DNA of 64,000 nt from Dehalococcoidia bacterium (lineage in GTDB: Bacteria; Chloroflexota; Dehalococcoidia; Lucifugimonadales; UBA3495): positions 447,885 to 511,884 of the forward strand of contig CBDANO010000004.1 of the NCBI GenBank assembly GCA_965197665.1, written 5' to 3'. A program made the position numbers and the translations under genes. Below are positions 36,837 through 46,980 of this stretch, piece by piece. The notes under the pieces were generated by a model. That model did not search any database, was not told the origin of the DNA, and was given only the letters and a program-made list of their open reading frames with translations. How positions within the stretch are numbered: the stretch's first letter is position 1; each line of letters starts with the position of its first letter.

Positions 36837-38179
36837 AAGTCAACCTCTTCGTTCCAGTCGAACATGATTATTCGGACCCTGTCGCCGGCCATCTTCCAGG
36901 GCAGGTTCTCCGGGCACACCGCAAGCCCATTGGCCTTGGACATGGAAGTTAGAATATTGGAACCCTGGGGGCCGGTGGGACTTGCGTAATAGGTGCCGTT
37001 CCGCCGCTTTACTTGCACCCTAGCGTAGACGCGGCGACCGTCGCCATTGTAAATAGGCCCGGTGAGCACCCCCTCCACCGTGGGGCGGGGCAGCCGGGGC
37101 AAACCCAGCATCGCCCGGATGGCCGGGCGGGCAAACATCTCGAAAGCCACCATGGCGCTGACCGGGTTGCCCGGCAGTCCCAAGAGCGGAATCGGGTCAC
37201 CCTCTTCATTATTCAGGTGGCCGAAAGCCAGGGGTTTGGCCGGCCGCATACGCACCGACCAAAAGTTCATATCCCCCCTTTGAGTCAGTACGTCTTTTAC
37301 GATGTCGTAGTCACCCTTGGAAACACCGGCGGACGTGATGATAAGGTCCGACCCAAGGGCCGATTCCAGCTTTAGATGCAGGTCGTCGAGGTTGTCCCCG
37401 GCGATGCCGAGGAGCTTGGGAACGCCGCCGTTGGCCAGGACCATGGCGGCGACGCTAAAGCTGTTGCTGTCGTAGATCTTCCCGCCGTCCGGTACGCCGT
37501 CGAGGCCAACCAACTCGTCGCCGGTGGCCAGAACCGCCACCACCGGGCTGCGAACAACCGGCACCTTTTCCATGCCCAAAGAAGCCAGGACTCCCACCTC
37601 GGCCGGGCGCAGCACTGTTCCGGACTCCAAGACCAACTGGCCCCGGTACACGTCCTCACCAGCGGAGCGGACGTTACTACCGAGAGGCAGGTCGGCCAGG
37701 ACCGCCACCTCTTCCAAGGGCTGTCTCGACTCCCTGCGTTGCACCTCATCGGTTTCCTCGAAGGGCACCACCGTATCGGCCCCCTCTGGAATACCGGCGC
37801 CGGTCATTATCCGGACGGCGGTCCCCGTATCGACCCTCCCCGAGTACAAATGACCGGCGGCCGCCAAGCCAACGACCTTCAGCCGGCGAGGGGACTCAGG
37901 GGAGGAGCCGCGGATGTCCTCTCGCCGCACCGCGTAACCATCCATACCGGAGTTGGATACCGGAGGCAGGTCCAAGGGAGAATCCACGTCCACGGCCAGA
38001 ACGCGGCCCAACGCATCCAAGAGAGGCAATTCCGCGGCGCCCAGAGGAGCGAAGCCGGCCATGATCCGGGCGTAAGCCTCTTCCACGCTGAGCATGTCCT
38101 GCTCCACGTGGCGATGGCCGTGATCAGCCCCCCCGAGTCCGGCGGTCGAGTGGCTTCGTGTGGACTTTGCTACTGTCAC
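36833..38179 (-). CDS. moeA: Molybdopterin molybdotransferase
   Basis: SGMDGYAV, IMTGA.IPEGAD.VV, ATGDEL, IYDSN, GVSKGDYD, LPGNPVS. Confidence 0.95.
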   Translation of the reverse strand: MTVAKSTRSHSTAGLGGADHGHRHVEQDMLSVEEAYARIMAGFAPLGAAELPLLDALGRVLAVDVDSPLDLPPVSNSGMDGYAVRREDIRGSSPESPRRLKVVGLAAAGHLYSGRVDTGTAVRIMTGAGIPEGADTVVPFEETDEVQRRESRQPLEEVAVLADLPLGSNVRSAGEDVYRGQLVLESGTVLRPAEVGVLASLGMEKVPVVRSPVVAVLATGDELVGLDGVPDGGKIYDSNSFSVAAMVLANGGVPKLLGIAGDNLDDLHLKLESALGSDLIITSAGVSKGDYDIVKDVLTQRGDMNFWSVRMRPAKPLAFGHLNNEEGDPIPLLGLPGNPVSAMVAFEMFARPAIRAMLGLPRLPRPTVEGVLTGPIYNGDGRRVYARVQVKRRNGTYYASPTGPQGSNILTSMSKANGLAVCPENLPWKMAGDRVRIIMFDWNEEVDL

Positions 38180-38180
38180 G

Positions 38181-40583
38181 TTAGCTCCTCAGGGATGCTT
38201 GTACTTCCCGCTCCAAGGTGCGCAGCAGGCCCTGCAACGACCGGTTCACTTCTTCTGCGGTCAACGTGCGGTCCTGAGCTTGGAAGTACACGTGGAAGGC
38301 CAGAGACTTGGTACCGGGAGGGATTTTATCTCCGGTATAGATATCGAACAAGTCCACCCGGTCCACCAACCGGTGTCGCGTGATGATACCTTGGACCCGG
38401 GCGGCCGGAGTGTTGGAAGGGACAACCAAGGCCAAGTCTCGGGAGGCGGCCGGGAACCGGGAGATGGCGGCGAACTGCTTTCCATCCGAGGGAAGGGCCC
38501 GAAGCAATGAGTCGATCCCCAACTCGAAGTACATCACCGGCCCGGTTTCCAGGTCGAACTCCTTGGCGACATCCGGGTTGACCTCACCTATTACGCCAAG
38601 GGGCTCGCTTCCGGACTTGACCTCGGCGCACGTCCCCGGGCGAAAATACGGGTCGTCGGCCGGTTTGTAGTCGGCGGCCACCCCCAAGCGTTCAAGCAGA
38701 TCATCCAAGATGCCCTTGGCGTCGTAGAAGTCGATGGGTTGACCGGCTTGCAGCCACGAAGACCGCCACCGCTGCCCCGCCAAAACACCGGATACCATCT
38801 CGCGCTCGTCGGGAAGGTCGTTGGGTCGCGGCCTGAATGTCCGCCCCAACTCGAACAAGCGTACCGGGCCTTCGCTATGGCCCCGGCCCGCGGCTAAGGT
38901 GCCCAACAGGCTTGGCCTCAGCGTGGGGCGAAGAAACTCAGTAGTCGTATTCATAGCGTTGGCCACCCGGAGAGGCCGGTACCCGTTGTCCTGATGTCGC
39001 GCCTTCTCCAGGTCCTCCAAGCTAATGAACGGGTAGCTAATGACCTCTTGCATACCACCGGCCGCCAACGAGTCCTTGACCGTTTCTACCAGCCGCCTGT
39101 TGGGGTCTTGCTGTTGGTAGGGTATTGGGGTGGAGAGCATGGTGACGGGTACCGAATCGTAGCCGATTATACGCACCACTTCCTCCACCAAGTCATCCTC
39201 GATGCTAATGTCATTTCGCCAATAGGGGACCGTGACCTCAACCGCATCGCCGCCGCCGTGGTTGATCCGGAACCCCAAAGAGGTCAACACTCGCTTCACC
39301 GTGTCCAACGGGACGTCCATTCCCAGCACTTTTTTCAAGCGGGCGGACGTCAAGAGCAACGTGTCGGGAAGGTCCCGCCGGCCGGGAAAAACGTCAACGA
39401 TCCCCGGCGCTGCGCTGCCTCCCGCGACTTGTTGAATCAACTGGGTGGCCCGGCGGATGGCGATAGGCGCCAGCTCCGGCCGCAAGCCTTTCTCGAACCT
39501 CAGAGTGGCTTCGGTGCGCAGTCCAAGTGCCTGGGCCGTCTCCCGGTTGTTATAGCCGTCGAACGAGGCCGATTCAAGGAGCACGCTGGACGTATCCGGT
39601 CCGATTTCGCTGTTGGCGCCGCCTATTACCCCGCCGATTCCGATGGGGTCGCGGCTGTCGGCGATAACCAGGTTCCGGCTGCTCAACCGGCGTTCGACGC
39701 CGTCCAAGGTAACCAGGGTTTCACCGGGGGCGGCGCGGCGGACGATGATGGTCTTGTCCTTGAGCTTGTCGAGATCGAAGGCGTGGAGGGGCTGGTTGTA
39801 CTCCAACATGACGTAGTTGGTAACGTCCACCACGTTGTTGATTGGGCGCAATCCCGCCCTCGTCAGCCGCTCCTGCAACCACTGGGGCGAGGGTCCGACG
39901 CCGACGCCGTTTATTAGACTGGCGGTATAGCGGCGGCACAGGTCAGGATCGGCAATGCTGATAGACACTTGGCCGGATATGTCGGGGCCGCTCTCGGGGT
40001 AAGCAACTTCCGGCTCGCGCACTTTGCCGCCCGTCAAGGCCGCCACCTCGCGGGCAACCCCCAACATGGATAAACAGTCCAGCCGGTTGGGGGTAAGCTC
40101 CAAGTCTAGGACCGTGTCCCCCAAGTAACTGTCCAGAGGGACGCCCAAAGGGGCGTCGCCTGGGAGGACGATTATACCGGTGTGATCTTCACCCAAGCCC
40201 AACTCCAACTCGGAGCAAATCATTCCCTCCGACACCACGCCGCGAATACGCGCCGCCTTGACCGCCTCGCGCTTACCGGAGTGGGCGTTGAACAGCTGGG
40301 CGCCGACGCCGGCGAAACAAACTTTTTGTCCGGCGGCTACGTTGGGCGCCCCGCACACCACTTCCAACTCGCCGGTGCCCGTGTTCACTCGGCACAGGGA
40401 CAAGCGGTCGGCTTGGGGGTGAGGCCGGACGTTTTCCACCAAGCCCACCACACAATCATTCCAACCGCCGAGTCGGACCACTTCACCCACCTCCACTCCG
40501 GCCATCGTCAATCGATGGGCCAGCTCTACGGCGGGGAGGTCAACGTCGACATAGTCTTGCAGCCAACTAAGCGGTACTTTCAT
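38181..40583 (-). CDS. pheT: Phenylalanyl-tRNA synthetase beta subunit
   Basis: [49 protein letters not shown]. Confidence 0.97.
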   Translation of the reverse strand: MKVPLSWLQDYVDVDLPAVELAHRLTMAGVEVGEVVRLGGWNDCVVGLVENVRPHPQADRLSLCRVNTGTGELEVVCGAPNVAAGQKVCFAGVGAQLFNAHSGKREAVKAARIRGVVSEGMICSELELGLGEDHTGIIVLPGDAPLGVPLDSYLGDTVLDLELTPNRLDCLSMLGVAREVAALTGGKVREPEVAYPESGPDISGQVSISIADPDLCRRYTASLINGVGVGPSPQWLQERLTRAGLRPINNVVDVTNYVMLEYNQPLHAFDLDKLKDKTIIVRRAAPGETLVTLDGVERRLSSRNLVIADSRDPIGIGGVIGGANSEIGPDTSSVLLESASFDGYNNRETAQALGLRTEATLRFEKGLRPELAPIAIRRATQLIQQVAGGSAAPGIVDVFPGRRDLPDTLLLTSARLKKVLGMDVPLDTVKRVLTSLGFRINHGGGDAVEVTVPYWRNDISIEDDLVEEVVRIIGYDSVPVTMLSTPIPYQQQDPNRRLVETVKDSLAAGGMQEVISYPFISLEDLEKARHQDNGYRPLRVANAMNTTTEFLRPTLRPSLLGTLAAGRGHSEGPVRLFELGRTFRPRPNDLPDEREMVSGVLAGQRWRSSWLQAGQPIDFYDAKGILDDLLERLGVAADYKPADDPYFRPGTCAEVKSGSEPLGVIGEVNPDVAKEFDLETGPVMYFELGIDSLLRALPSDGKQFAAISRFPAASRDLALVVPSNTPAARVQGIITRHRLVDRVDLFDIYTGDKIPPGTKSLAFHVYFQAQDRTLTAEEVNRSLQGLLRTLEREVQASLRS

Positions 40584-40660
40584 ACATTGTCACGCAATGG
40601 GTCATGCAATGGCGCTTTAGCACGATGCTAACCGGGCCCGGCGGGCGATTCCCGGCCGCC

Positions 40661-41734
40661 TCAGAACTGACGCAAAAACCTTAGGTCATTGGAGTAGAAC
40701 AACCTGATGTCGTCGATGCCGTACTTTAGCATTGCGATGCGCTCCGGCCCCAGCCCAAACGCGAAGCCGGTATACTTCTCCGGATCGTAGCCCACGCCGG
40801 ACAGTACCCGGGGATGCACCATTCCGGCGCCCATGATCTCGATCCATCCGCTGCCCCGGCAGATGCGGCAGTCGCTCCTCTCGCCCGAGCAAGCGAAGCA
40901 GTCGATGGACATGTCTACGCCGGGCTCCACGAAGGGGAAGTAGTCGCACCGGAACCTCACCTTGCGGTCCTCCCCAAACAAGCGTCTAGCGAACTCATAC
41001 AGCGTGCCCTTCAGGTCGGCAAAGGTGATGCCGTCATCCACCGCCAAGCCTTCAACCTGGTAGAAATGCCACTCGTGGGTGGCATCGGTCGCTTCATACC
41101 GGTAGCACTTTCCCGGCACCACCACCCGGATTGGCGGACCGGCGGCTTCCATGATTCTGGCTTGCATCGGCGAGGTGTGGGTACGGAGGAGCATTGGCTG
41201 CTCACCGGCTTCGTTCCGGTAGTCGATCCACAGAGTGTTCCACATGTCCCTGGCCGGGTGGCCCTTGGGTATGTTGAGCATCTCGAAGTTATAGTGGTCC
41301 CACTCCACCTCGGGGCCTTCGACCACGCTGAAGCCCATCGCCGCGAAGGCGCCGCAAATTTCCCTCACGATCTGGGTCGTTGGATGCAAGCGCCCCGCCA
41401 AGACAGGCCGGCCGGGCAGGGTAACGTCGAGGGTGTCTTGGGCCGCCTCCCGAGCCTTGGCAATCTCCCGCAGCTTTTGCTCGAATCCGGATTCTAGTGT
41501 CCGTTTCGCCTGATTCGCCGCAGCGCCAGCGCTGCGGCGCTCCTCCAAGTCCAACTCGGAGATTCCTCGAAGGAGGACCGTCAACCGGCCCCGGCGGCCC
41601 AAGTAAGCGACCCGCCACTCCTCCAGCGCTCCGGGTTCGTCCAACCCTTGCAGCCGGCCAAGTGCCTCTCGGGTCAACTCTTCAATTGACTGGGACGCGG
41701 ACTGGGACGCGGACTGGGACGCGGGTACGGCCAA
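40661..41734 (-). CDS. pheS: Phenylalanyl-tRNA synthetase alpha subunit
   Basis: [34 protein letters not shown]; start placed at TTG 41734. Confidence 0.97.
   Translation of the reverse strand: MAVPASQSASQSASQSIEELTREALGRLQGLDEPGALEEWRVAYLGRRGRLTVLLRGISELDLEERRSAGAAANQAKRTLESGFEQKLREIAKAREAAQDTLDVTLPGRPVLAGRLHPTTQIVREICGAFAAMGFSVVEGPEVEWDHYNFEMLNIPKGHPARDMWNTLWIDYRNEAGEQPMLLRTHTSPMQARIMEAAGPPIRVVVPGKCYRYEATDATHEWHFYQVEGLAVDDGITFADLKGTLYEFARRLFGEDRKVRFRCDYFPFVEPGVDMSIDCFACSGERSDCRICRGSGWIEIMGAGMVHPRVLSGVGYDPEKYTGFAFGLGPERIAMLKYGIDDIRLFYSNDLRFLRQF
41688..41723. repeat. 12-bp tandem repeat x3 (GACTGGGACGCG) encoding ASQS repeats at the PheS N-terminus
   Basis: Read directly from the sequence. 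Confidence 0.85.
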
Positions 41735-41945
41735 CAGACTACCCCCGAAGTTGCTCCCATACCTACTCACGGTAAGACAGACGTGGGAAGCGGACGCCAT
41801 GAATGGAAATCGTCATTACCGGCCAAGCTATTATAGGAATCGTAGCGAGCTGAGGTCAAGGACATTGGCCGGCCGTTGACCCCAGCTCCGGCGTCTGGGG
41901 CCTCATCCGTTAAACCGCCGCCCCAGGGGCGCTGACAGGGCAATA

Positions 41946-41974
41946 TTGAAATAGAACATATATTCGGTTAATCT
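41946..41974 (+). promoter_or_regulatory. Promoter with embedded LexA (GAAC-N4-GTTC type) box
   Basis: TTGAAA-17 nt-TAATCT; AGAAC-ATAT-ATTCG (one mismatch) lies in the spacer. Confidence 0.55.
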
Positions 41975-41990
41975 TATCCAGAGGTGCCGC

Positions 41991-42329
41991 GTGGACTGGT
42001 TTCGCTTCAAAGCATGTCTTAAATGCCACGGCGACCTGGTATTCGACGAAGGCGACTGGCTTTGTCTACAGTGCGGGACATACTACTACACCGGCCTTTA
42101 CCGCCGGCCCAACCGGAGCCAACCGCAGGACCATTACAGGCCGGGGCCGCCCTGTCGGGAGAAAGACGCCGCTCTTGGGCAGCTCCAAGCGACGTTTCCT
42201 TTCCCCGGGACAAGCTCATCCACCATCCTGGGAGCGCTCCCTTCCGGGGCCGCGGGCGACGTTACGCATAGAGAGAACTTCGCAAGCGAGTCTTACGTGA
42301 CCGGCTTTGGCCCCACTATATCGGCGTAA
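41991..42329 (+). CDS. Small Zn-ribbon protein
   Basis: CLKCHGDL...WLCLQCG; SD GAGGT. Confidence 0.7.
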   Translation: MDWFRFKACLKCHGDLVFDEGDWLCLQCGTYYYTGLYRRPNRSQPQDHYRPGPPCREKDAALGQLQATFPFPGTSSSTILGALPSGAAGDVTHRENFASESYVTGFGPTISA

Positions 42330-42829
42330 TGCCGCATACAAACCGCCGGCAACCGCTTCTAGCCTTGGACGCCGGGGTTGGGGAAACCGGGTGGGCGGTG
42401 TTCTCTCCCGGCTATGAAGTGACGACCGGCGTCATCGGAATACCGGGGCGGCGCGGTATGAGCGTTCCGGCCCGCCTGCGCCACTTGACCGAGGAGTTGG
42501 ACCGCTTGGTGGAGCAGTGGGACCCGCACGCCGTCGTCCACAGCCTGCCCTCGGGGATCCATTGGCCCGTGCCCGCCTTGCAGTTGTTGGGCAACGCATT
42601 GCAAGAATGGTGTCAACGTTGCCAACTCCCCCTCTTTGCCTACTCGGCTCAAGAAGTGCGGAGCGGCCTTACCGGGCGCTCCAATGCGTCCAGAGAGGAC
42701 TTGTCCTACGCGGTGATGTTGGACCTGGAGTTGATCGGGCAAAGTAAGACCACCCACGAGTGGGAAGCGGTTGCCGTCGGCCACTATCACTTATCGCGCC
42801 AAGGCGGCGGTTCCAAGACCTCCGGGTGA
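42329..42829 (+). CDS. Divergent RuvC-like (RNase H fold) protein
   Basis: LLALDAG..ETGWAV, RL..L, YSAQEVRSGLTG..NASREDL, HEWEAVAVG; TAATG coupling to upstream gene. Confidence 0.75.
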   Translation: MPHTNRRQPLLALDAGVGETGWAVFSPGYEVTTGVIGIPGRRGMSVPARLRHLTEELDRLVEQWDPHAVVHSLPSGIHWPVPALQLLGNALQEWCQRCQLPLFAYSAQEVRSGLTGRSNASREDLSYAVMLDLELIGQSKTTHEWEAVAVGHYHLSRQGGGSKTSG

Positions 42830-43045
42830 AAAGCTCTCCGCCGACCGCCGTCCTAAAGCCCGTCATTCAAGGCCGTGTATAATTAACGCGGCGTGGGGCA
42901 GCCCTCGCGCTATCCCGGGACGGGCGACAAGATACTTGCACATGACGTTAATCAACCGAGGCCGGCAGCGAGGCGCAAGCTCGATTGTTATGCCGCTCCG
43001 ACCCCAGCGCCGCGCCGGAGCGCCGGTCTCACGAGGAGACAACCC

Positions 43046-43402
43046 ATGCCGATCATCCAGCGACCGTACGTCCCGCCTGAGGACCAAGTTCCTCAGGAAG
43101 ATGACTACGTCAACCCCGGCGGCACCCAACCGCAGGAGGGATACGCGGGGGAACCCATCACCTTCTACAGCGATTCCATGCACATCTTCAGCAGCCTCTA
43201 CTCCGCCGTCTTGTTCTTCGGAGAGCAGATGGAAGAACGGGAACCCATCCTGCGGGCCCGGATCAAGGTCAGCCCCCAGATGCTTAAGGCCATCGCCTTG
43301 TTGACCAACAAGCACGTGCGGGAGTACGAGGAAGCGGTGGGGCCGATTACCTTGCCGGAGCAGGTATACGCCGCTTGGGAACTGGAGTCGGAGGCCCGTT
43401 GA
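43046..43402 (+). CDS. DUF3467-like hypothetical protein
   Basis: FYSDS..I....Y...L.FG....ARIKVSPQMLKAIA.LL...V.EYE..VGPI pattern; SD GAGGAG. Confidence 0.65.
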   Translation: MPIIQRPYVPPEDQVPQEDDYVNPGGTQPQEGYAGEPITFYSDSMHIFSSLYSAVLFFGEQMEEREPILRARIKVSPQMLKAIALLTNKHVREYEEAVGPITLPEQVYAAWELESEAR

Positions 43403-43890
43403 TGACCGGCCCGGAAGACCGGCCCTTGGCCGAGGACTCCGCTTGCCCGGTCGAGGTGCAGCCGGGTGTGGACCAAGCGACCCCCGGCGGCTGGAGTTGG
43501 CGGCGCGTCGGTACCAGCCAGCCCAACCAAGCCACGTTCCACATCAGCCATAGCGACGTCACCCAGGTGACGGTGGACGTGCTCCGCCCGTCGGACTCCC
43601 CTCCGGATGCCGCTTTCGAAATCACCAAGGACATCCCCATAGTGATTATCGACAGTCTCGACAAGTATTGGGCTGGTGAAGCCCGGTCCCGGCTGCCTCT
43701 AAACGGCCTTCGAGTGCCGGTGGGGGACGATACCAAGGAGGGCGCCAAGGCGGCGTTGGGGGCTGACTTGGCGGCCCAACTCCGCTTGTTGCTTTTGCTA
43801 TCATCCTCCCGGGAGGGGGAAATGGCGCCCCAGTTGCGGCAGAACTTAGCCCTCCTCAGTCAACACCTGGCGCCCCGCCGGCGGCCGTAG
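43402..43890 (+). CDS. Hypothetical protein, possible HicB-like C-terminal fold
   Basis: TGATG overlap with upstream gene; beta strands then VGDDTKEGAKAAL helix. Confidence 0.55.
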   Translation: MTGPEDRPLAEDSACPVEVQPGVDQATPGGWSWRRVGTSQPNQATFHISHSDVTQVTVDVLRPSDSPPDAAFEITKDIPIVIIDSLDKYWAGEARSRLPLNGLRVPVGDDTKEGAKAALGADLAAQLRLLLLLSSSREGEMAPQLRQNLALLSQHLAPRRRP

Positions 43891-43921
43891 AGGGTCCCGG
43901 CCTACGGTATACTACGCCCGG

Positions 43922-45619
43922 TTACGTTAGCAGACGCCGTACCGCGTCGACCGCTTCATCCATAGGGACGGCGTCGGGCTGCCCATCCCGGCGCCTTTTT
44001 ACTTCAAAGACGCCATTCTTTAGGTTCCGCGGGCTAACCACCAAGCGCACGGGAAGGCCCAAGAGATCGGCGTCATTCAGCTTCACTCCGGCGGCTTGGT
44101 CGGTGCGATCATCGTAGAGTGTCTCGACGCCGTGGTCCCAGAGGTCCCGGTAGAGCCGGCCGGCGGCGGCGGAGACGTCCTCATTGGAAAGGTTCAGCCC
44201 CACCAAGTGGGCTTGGTACGGAGCCAAGGGCGCGGGAAAGACGATCCCCTGCTCATCGTGGTTTTGCTCGATGGCGGCGGCCAGCAGGCGTCCTACTCCA
44301 ATGCCGTAGCAACCCATCGTTATGGGCTGCTGCTTACCCTCCCCGTCCAAATAGAGGGCTCCCATGTTCTCGCTGAAGAAGGTCCCCAGCTTGAAGATGT
44401 GCCCTACCTCGATCCCCCGCACCGATTCCAACCCGTGCCCGCATCTCGAACACATGAGCCCCGGCTCGGCTAGGGCGATGTCGGTAAGGATATCGACCTC
44501 GAAATCCCGGGGGTAGTTGGCGCCCCGCAGGTGAGTGTCGGGCTTATTGGCGCCGACTATGAAGTTGTTCCCCTTGGTGATGGACAGGTCGGCGACCCGC
44601 TTGACCCCGGTGAGTCCTACAGCTGACGCAGAACCGGCCACCAGTCCGGCGGACCCGACTTCTTCATCGGTGGCCAGCCGCAACTCATCGGCGTGCAAAG
44701 CGTTCTTCAGCTTGACCTCGTTTACCGCCAAGTCTCCCCGGATTCCCGCAAACACCACCTCCCCATCGGCCGAGTAGAATACGGCTTTGATGGTCTTCTC
44801 CGGCGGGACATCCAAGAACCGGGTCAAGTCTTCTATGGTCTTGACGTCAGGGGTACTAACTTCATCCAGGACCTGCTCCGGTTCGGCGGGAAGGTCTTTG
44901 CAACCGGCGACCGCTTTCTCTGCGTTGGCAGTGTAACCGCAGCCCGGGCAGGCGATGACCGTGTCCTCTCCGCTGGGAGCGGGTAGAATGAACTCGTGGG
45001 AGTCCTTGCCTCCTATCGCGCCGCTGTCCGCCTCAGCCATAAGCACCGGGAGGTCGCAGCGCCGGTAAACGTTGCGGTAGGCTTGGGCCATGGCCTGATA
45101 GCTCCCTTCCAGGCTGGTGTCGTCAGCGTCGAAGCTGTAGGCGTCTTTCATGTCGAATTCGCGCACTCTCACCAGTCCGGCCCGGGGCCGCGGCTCGTCG
45201 CGGAACTTGGTTTGTATCTGGTAGAGAATCACCGGCAAGTCCCGGTAGCTCTGGACGTTGGCCCGGACGATGCCGGTTACTACTTCTTCGTGAGTCGGCG
45301 CTAGGACCATGGGCCGGCCTCTCCGGTCTTCAAGGGAGAAGAGGTTATCCCCAAAAGCAGCCTTGCGGCCCGTGTGCTCCCACAACTCCATCGGTTGCAG
45401 GGCCGGCATCATTAGTTCCTGGCCGCCGGCGGCGTCCATTTCCTCTCGGATGATGTTCTCGATCTTGCGGAGGGACCGCAAAGCCAAGGGCAAGTAGGAG
45501 TAGACGCCGGCGGCTACTTGATGAATCAGACCCGCCTTGAGCATGAGGCGGTGGCTGGCCGTCTCAGCTTCGGGCGGGTCGGACCGGAGGGTCTTGGTGA
45601 CTAGCCGGGTGAACCTCAT
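43922..45619 (-). CDS. proS: Prolyl-tRNA synthetase (with editing domain)
   Basis: SHRLMLKAG, PTHEE, KFRDEPRPR.GL.R.REF.MKDAYSF, GIEVGHIFKLG, MGCYGIG. Confidence 0.97.
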   Translation of the reverse strand: MRFTRLVTKTLRSDPPEAETASHRLMLKAGLIHQVAAGVYSYLPLALRSLRKIENIIREEMDAAGGQELMMPALQPMELWEHTGRKAAFGDNLFSLEDRRGRPMVLAPTHEEVVTGIVRANVQSYRDLPVILYQIQTKFRDEPRPRAGLVRVREFDMKDAYSFDADDTSLEGSYQAMAQAYRNVYRRCDLPVLMAEADSGAIGGKDSHEFILPAPSGEDTVIACPGCGYTANAEKAVAGCKDLPAEPEQVLDEVSTPDVKTIEDLTRFLDVPPEKTIKAVFYSADGEVVFAGIRGDLAVNEVKLKNALHADELRLATDEEVGSAGLVAGSASAVGLTGVKRVADLSITKGNNFIVGANKPDTHLRGANYPRDFEVDILTDIALAEPGLMCSRCGHGLESVRGIEVGHIFKLGTFFSENMGALYLDGEGKQQPITMGCYGIGVGRLLAAAIEQNHDEQGIVFPAPLAPYQAHLVGLNLSNEDVSAAAGRLYRDLWDHGVETLYDDRTDQAAGVKLNDADLLGLPVRLVVSPRNLKNGVFEVKRRRDGQPDAVPMDEAVDAVRRLLT

Positions 45620-46749
45620 GACGGCGCGGGGGTCTTGTCCACTTCTTCCATGAGGGCCGAAAGCATTTCGTCGCCGGGCACTACCCGCACCTTCTCACCC
45701 TTGCGGAAGATTACTGCTCTGCCAGCTCCCGCCGCTATGCCCACGTCGGCGTCCTTGGCTTCGCCGGGGCCATTGACCTCGCACCCCATGACTGCCACTT
45801 TGACATTCTTGTCACTGCCTTTCAGCAAGGCGTCAACGTCGTTGGCCAGCTTGATTACGTCAACGTCGGCCCGTCCGCAACTGGGGCAGGCCACCAGGAC
45901 CGCGCCTTTCTGCCGAAGGTTCAAGGACTTGAGAATCTCGTACCCCGCGGCTACTTCATCCTTAGAATCGCCGCTCAGCGACACCCTGATGGTGTCGCCT
46001 ATGCCCTCGTAGAGGAGCACCCCCAAGCCCACCGCGGTGCGAATGGAGCCGGCTTGGGCCGTCCCGGCCTCGGTGATACCCAGATGCAAGGGATAGGGGA
46101 CCATTCCCGCCAACCGCCGGTAGGCCTCGACCGTAGTCGGCACGTCGAAGGCCTTCATCGATATCTTGATGTCGTCGAAGTCCTGCTCTTCCAGCAGGCT
46201 GATCTCCCAGAGAGCGGTAGCCACCATGTGGTCGACTACGCTGTACTCGCCCTCTTTTACGTCTCCGGCTTTGGGAAGCCGGTTGACTAGGTCCATGTGA
46301 CGGGAGAAGCCCCTGGTCCTACCGATGCCGCCCACGGGGGGCAGGCTCCCGAAGTTGACGCCTATCCGGATCGGAATGCCCCGGTCCTTGGCCGCTTTGA
46401 CCACTTGACGCACTTGGTCCTCATCCCGCAGGTTGCCCGGGTTGAGCCGCAAACAGTCCACTCCCCCTTCGGCGCATTCCAACGCCAGTTTGTAGTGGAA
46501 GTGGATGTCGGCGATTAGGGGGATGCTGATTCGCTTTTTGATCTCCCCCATGGCTTGGGCCGCTTCCATGTCCGGCACGGCGCTCCGGATGATTTCACAT
46601 CCCTCTTCCTCCAACTCGTGGATCTGGCGAACAGTAGCGGCCACGTCCCGGGTGTCCGTCTTGGTCATGGACTGGACCGCAATATCGGCCCCGCCCCCGA
46701 CTTTGACCCCGCCAACGTATACCGGCTTGGTGGGACGGCGTTTATTCAT
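45616..46749 (-). CDS. ispG: HMBPP synthase
   Basis: VQSMT.T, ADIHF, RLNPGN, IRIGVN.GS, HLGITEAG, CPSCGR, VMGCEVNGPGE. Confidence 0.96.
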   Translation of the reverse strand: MNKRRPTKPVYVGGVKVGGGADIAVQSMTKTDTRDVAATVRQIHELEEEGCEIIRSAVPDMEAAQAMGEIKKRISIPLIADIHFHYKLALECAEGGVDCLRLNPGNLRDEDQVRQVVKAAKDRGIPIRIGVNFGSLPPVGGIGRTRGFSRHMDLVNRLPKAGDVKEGEYSVVDHMVATALWEISLLEEQDFDDIKISMKAFDVPTTVEAYRRLAGMVPYPLHLGITEAGTAQAGSIRTAVGLGVLLYEGIGDTIRVSLSGDSKDEVAAGYEILKSLNLRQKGAVLVACPSCGRADVDVIKLANDVDALLKGSDKNVKVAVMGCEVNGPGEAKDADVGIAAGAGRAVIFRKGEKVRVVPGDEMLSALMEEVDKTPAPS

Positions 46750-46980
46750 GATCAATTCCTCTTCCGGCCCAGGGGCCGGTGAGACATTCTTTGGGTTCAG
46801 CGGAGCGCCAAGTTGAGCCGGTTCTTTCCTTGAGGAGAGGCTGTATGCCCCTCGCCGCCGATTATGATACCCAGGGCAAAGAATGATTCGGAGCTTTCTT
46901 TCGTAATGGTACACGCCGTAATGTTACACGAAAGACGGCGGCCATGAAAGGAGACGGCCTTTCTAATGCGGGAGCTTTCC

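Noticed and set aside
37376-38383. Long antisense ORFs (for example 37376..38383, 38994..39917, 22808..23656, 23873..24652)
   Set aside because: Shadow frames opposite well-supported genes, expected in GC-rich DNA; no recognisable motifs
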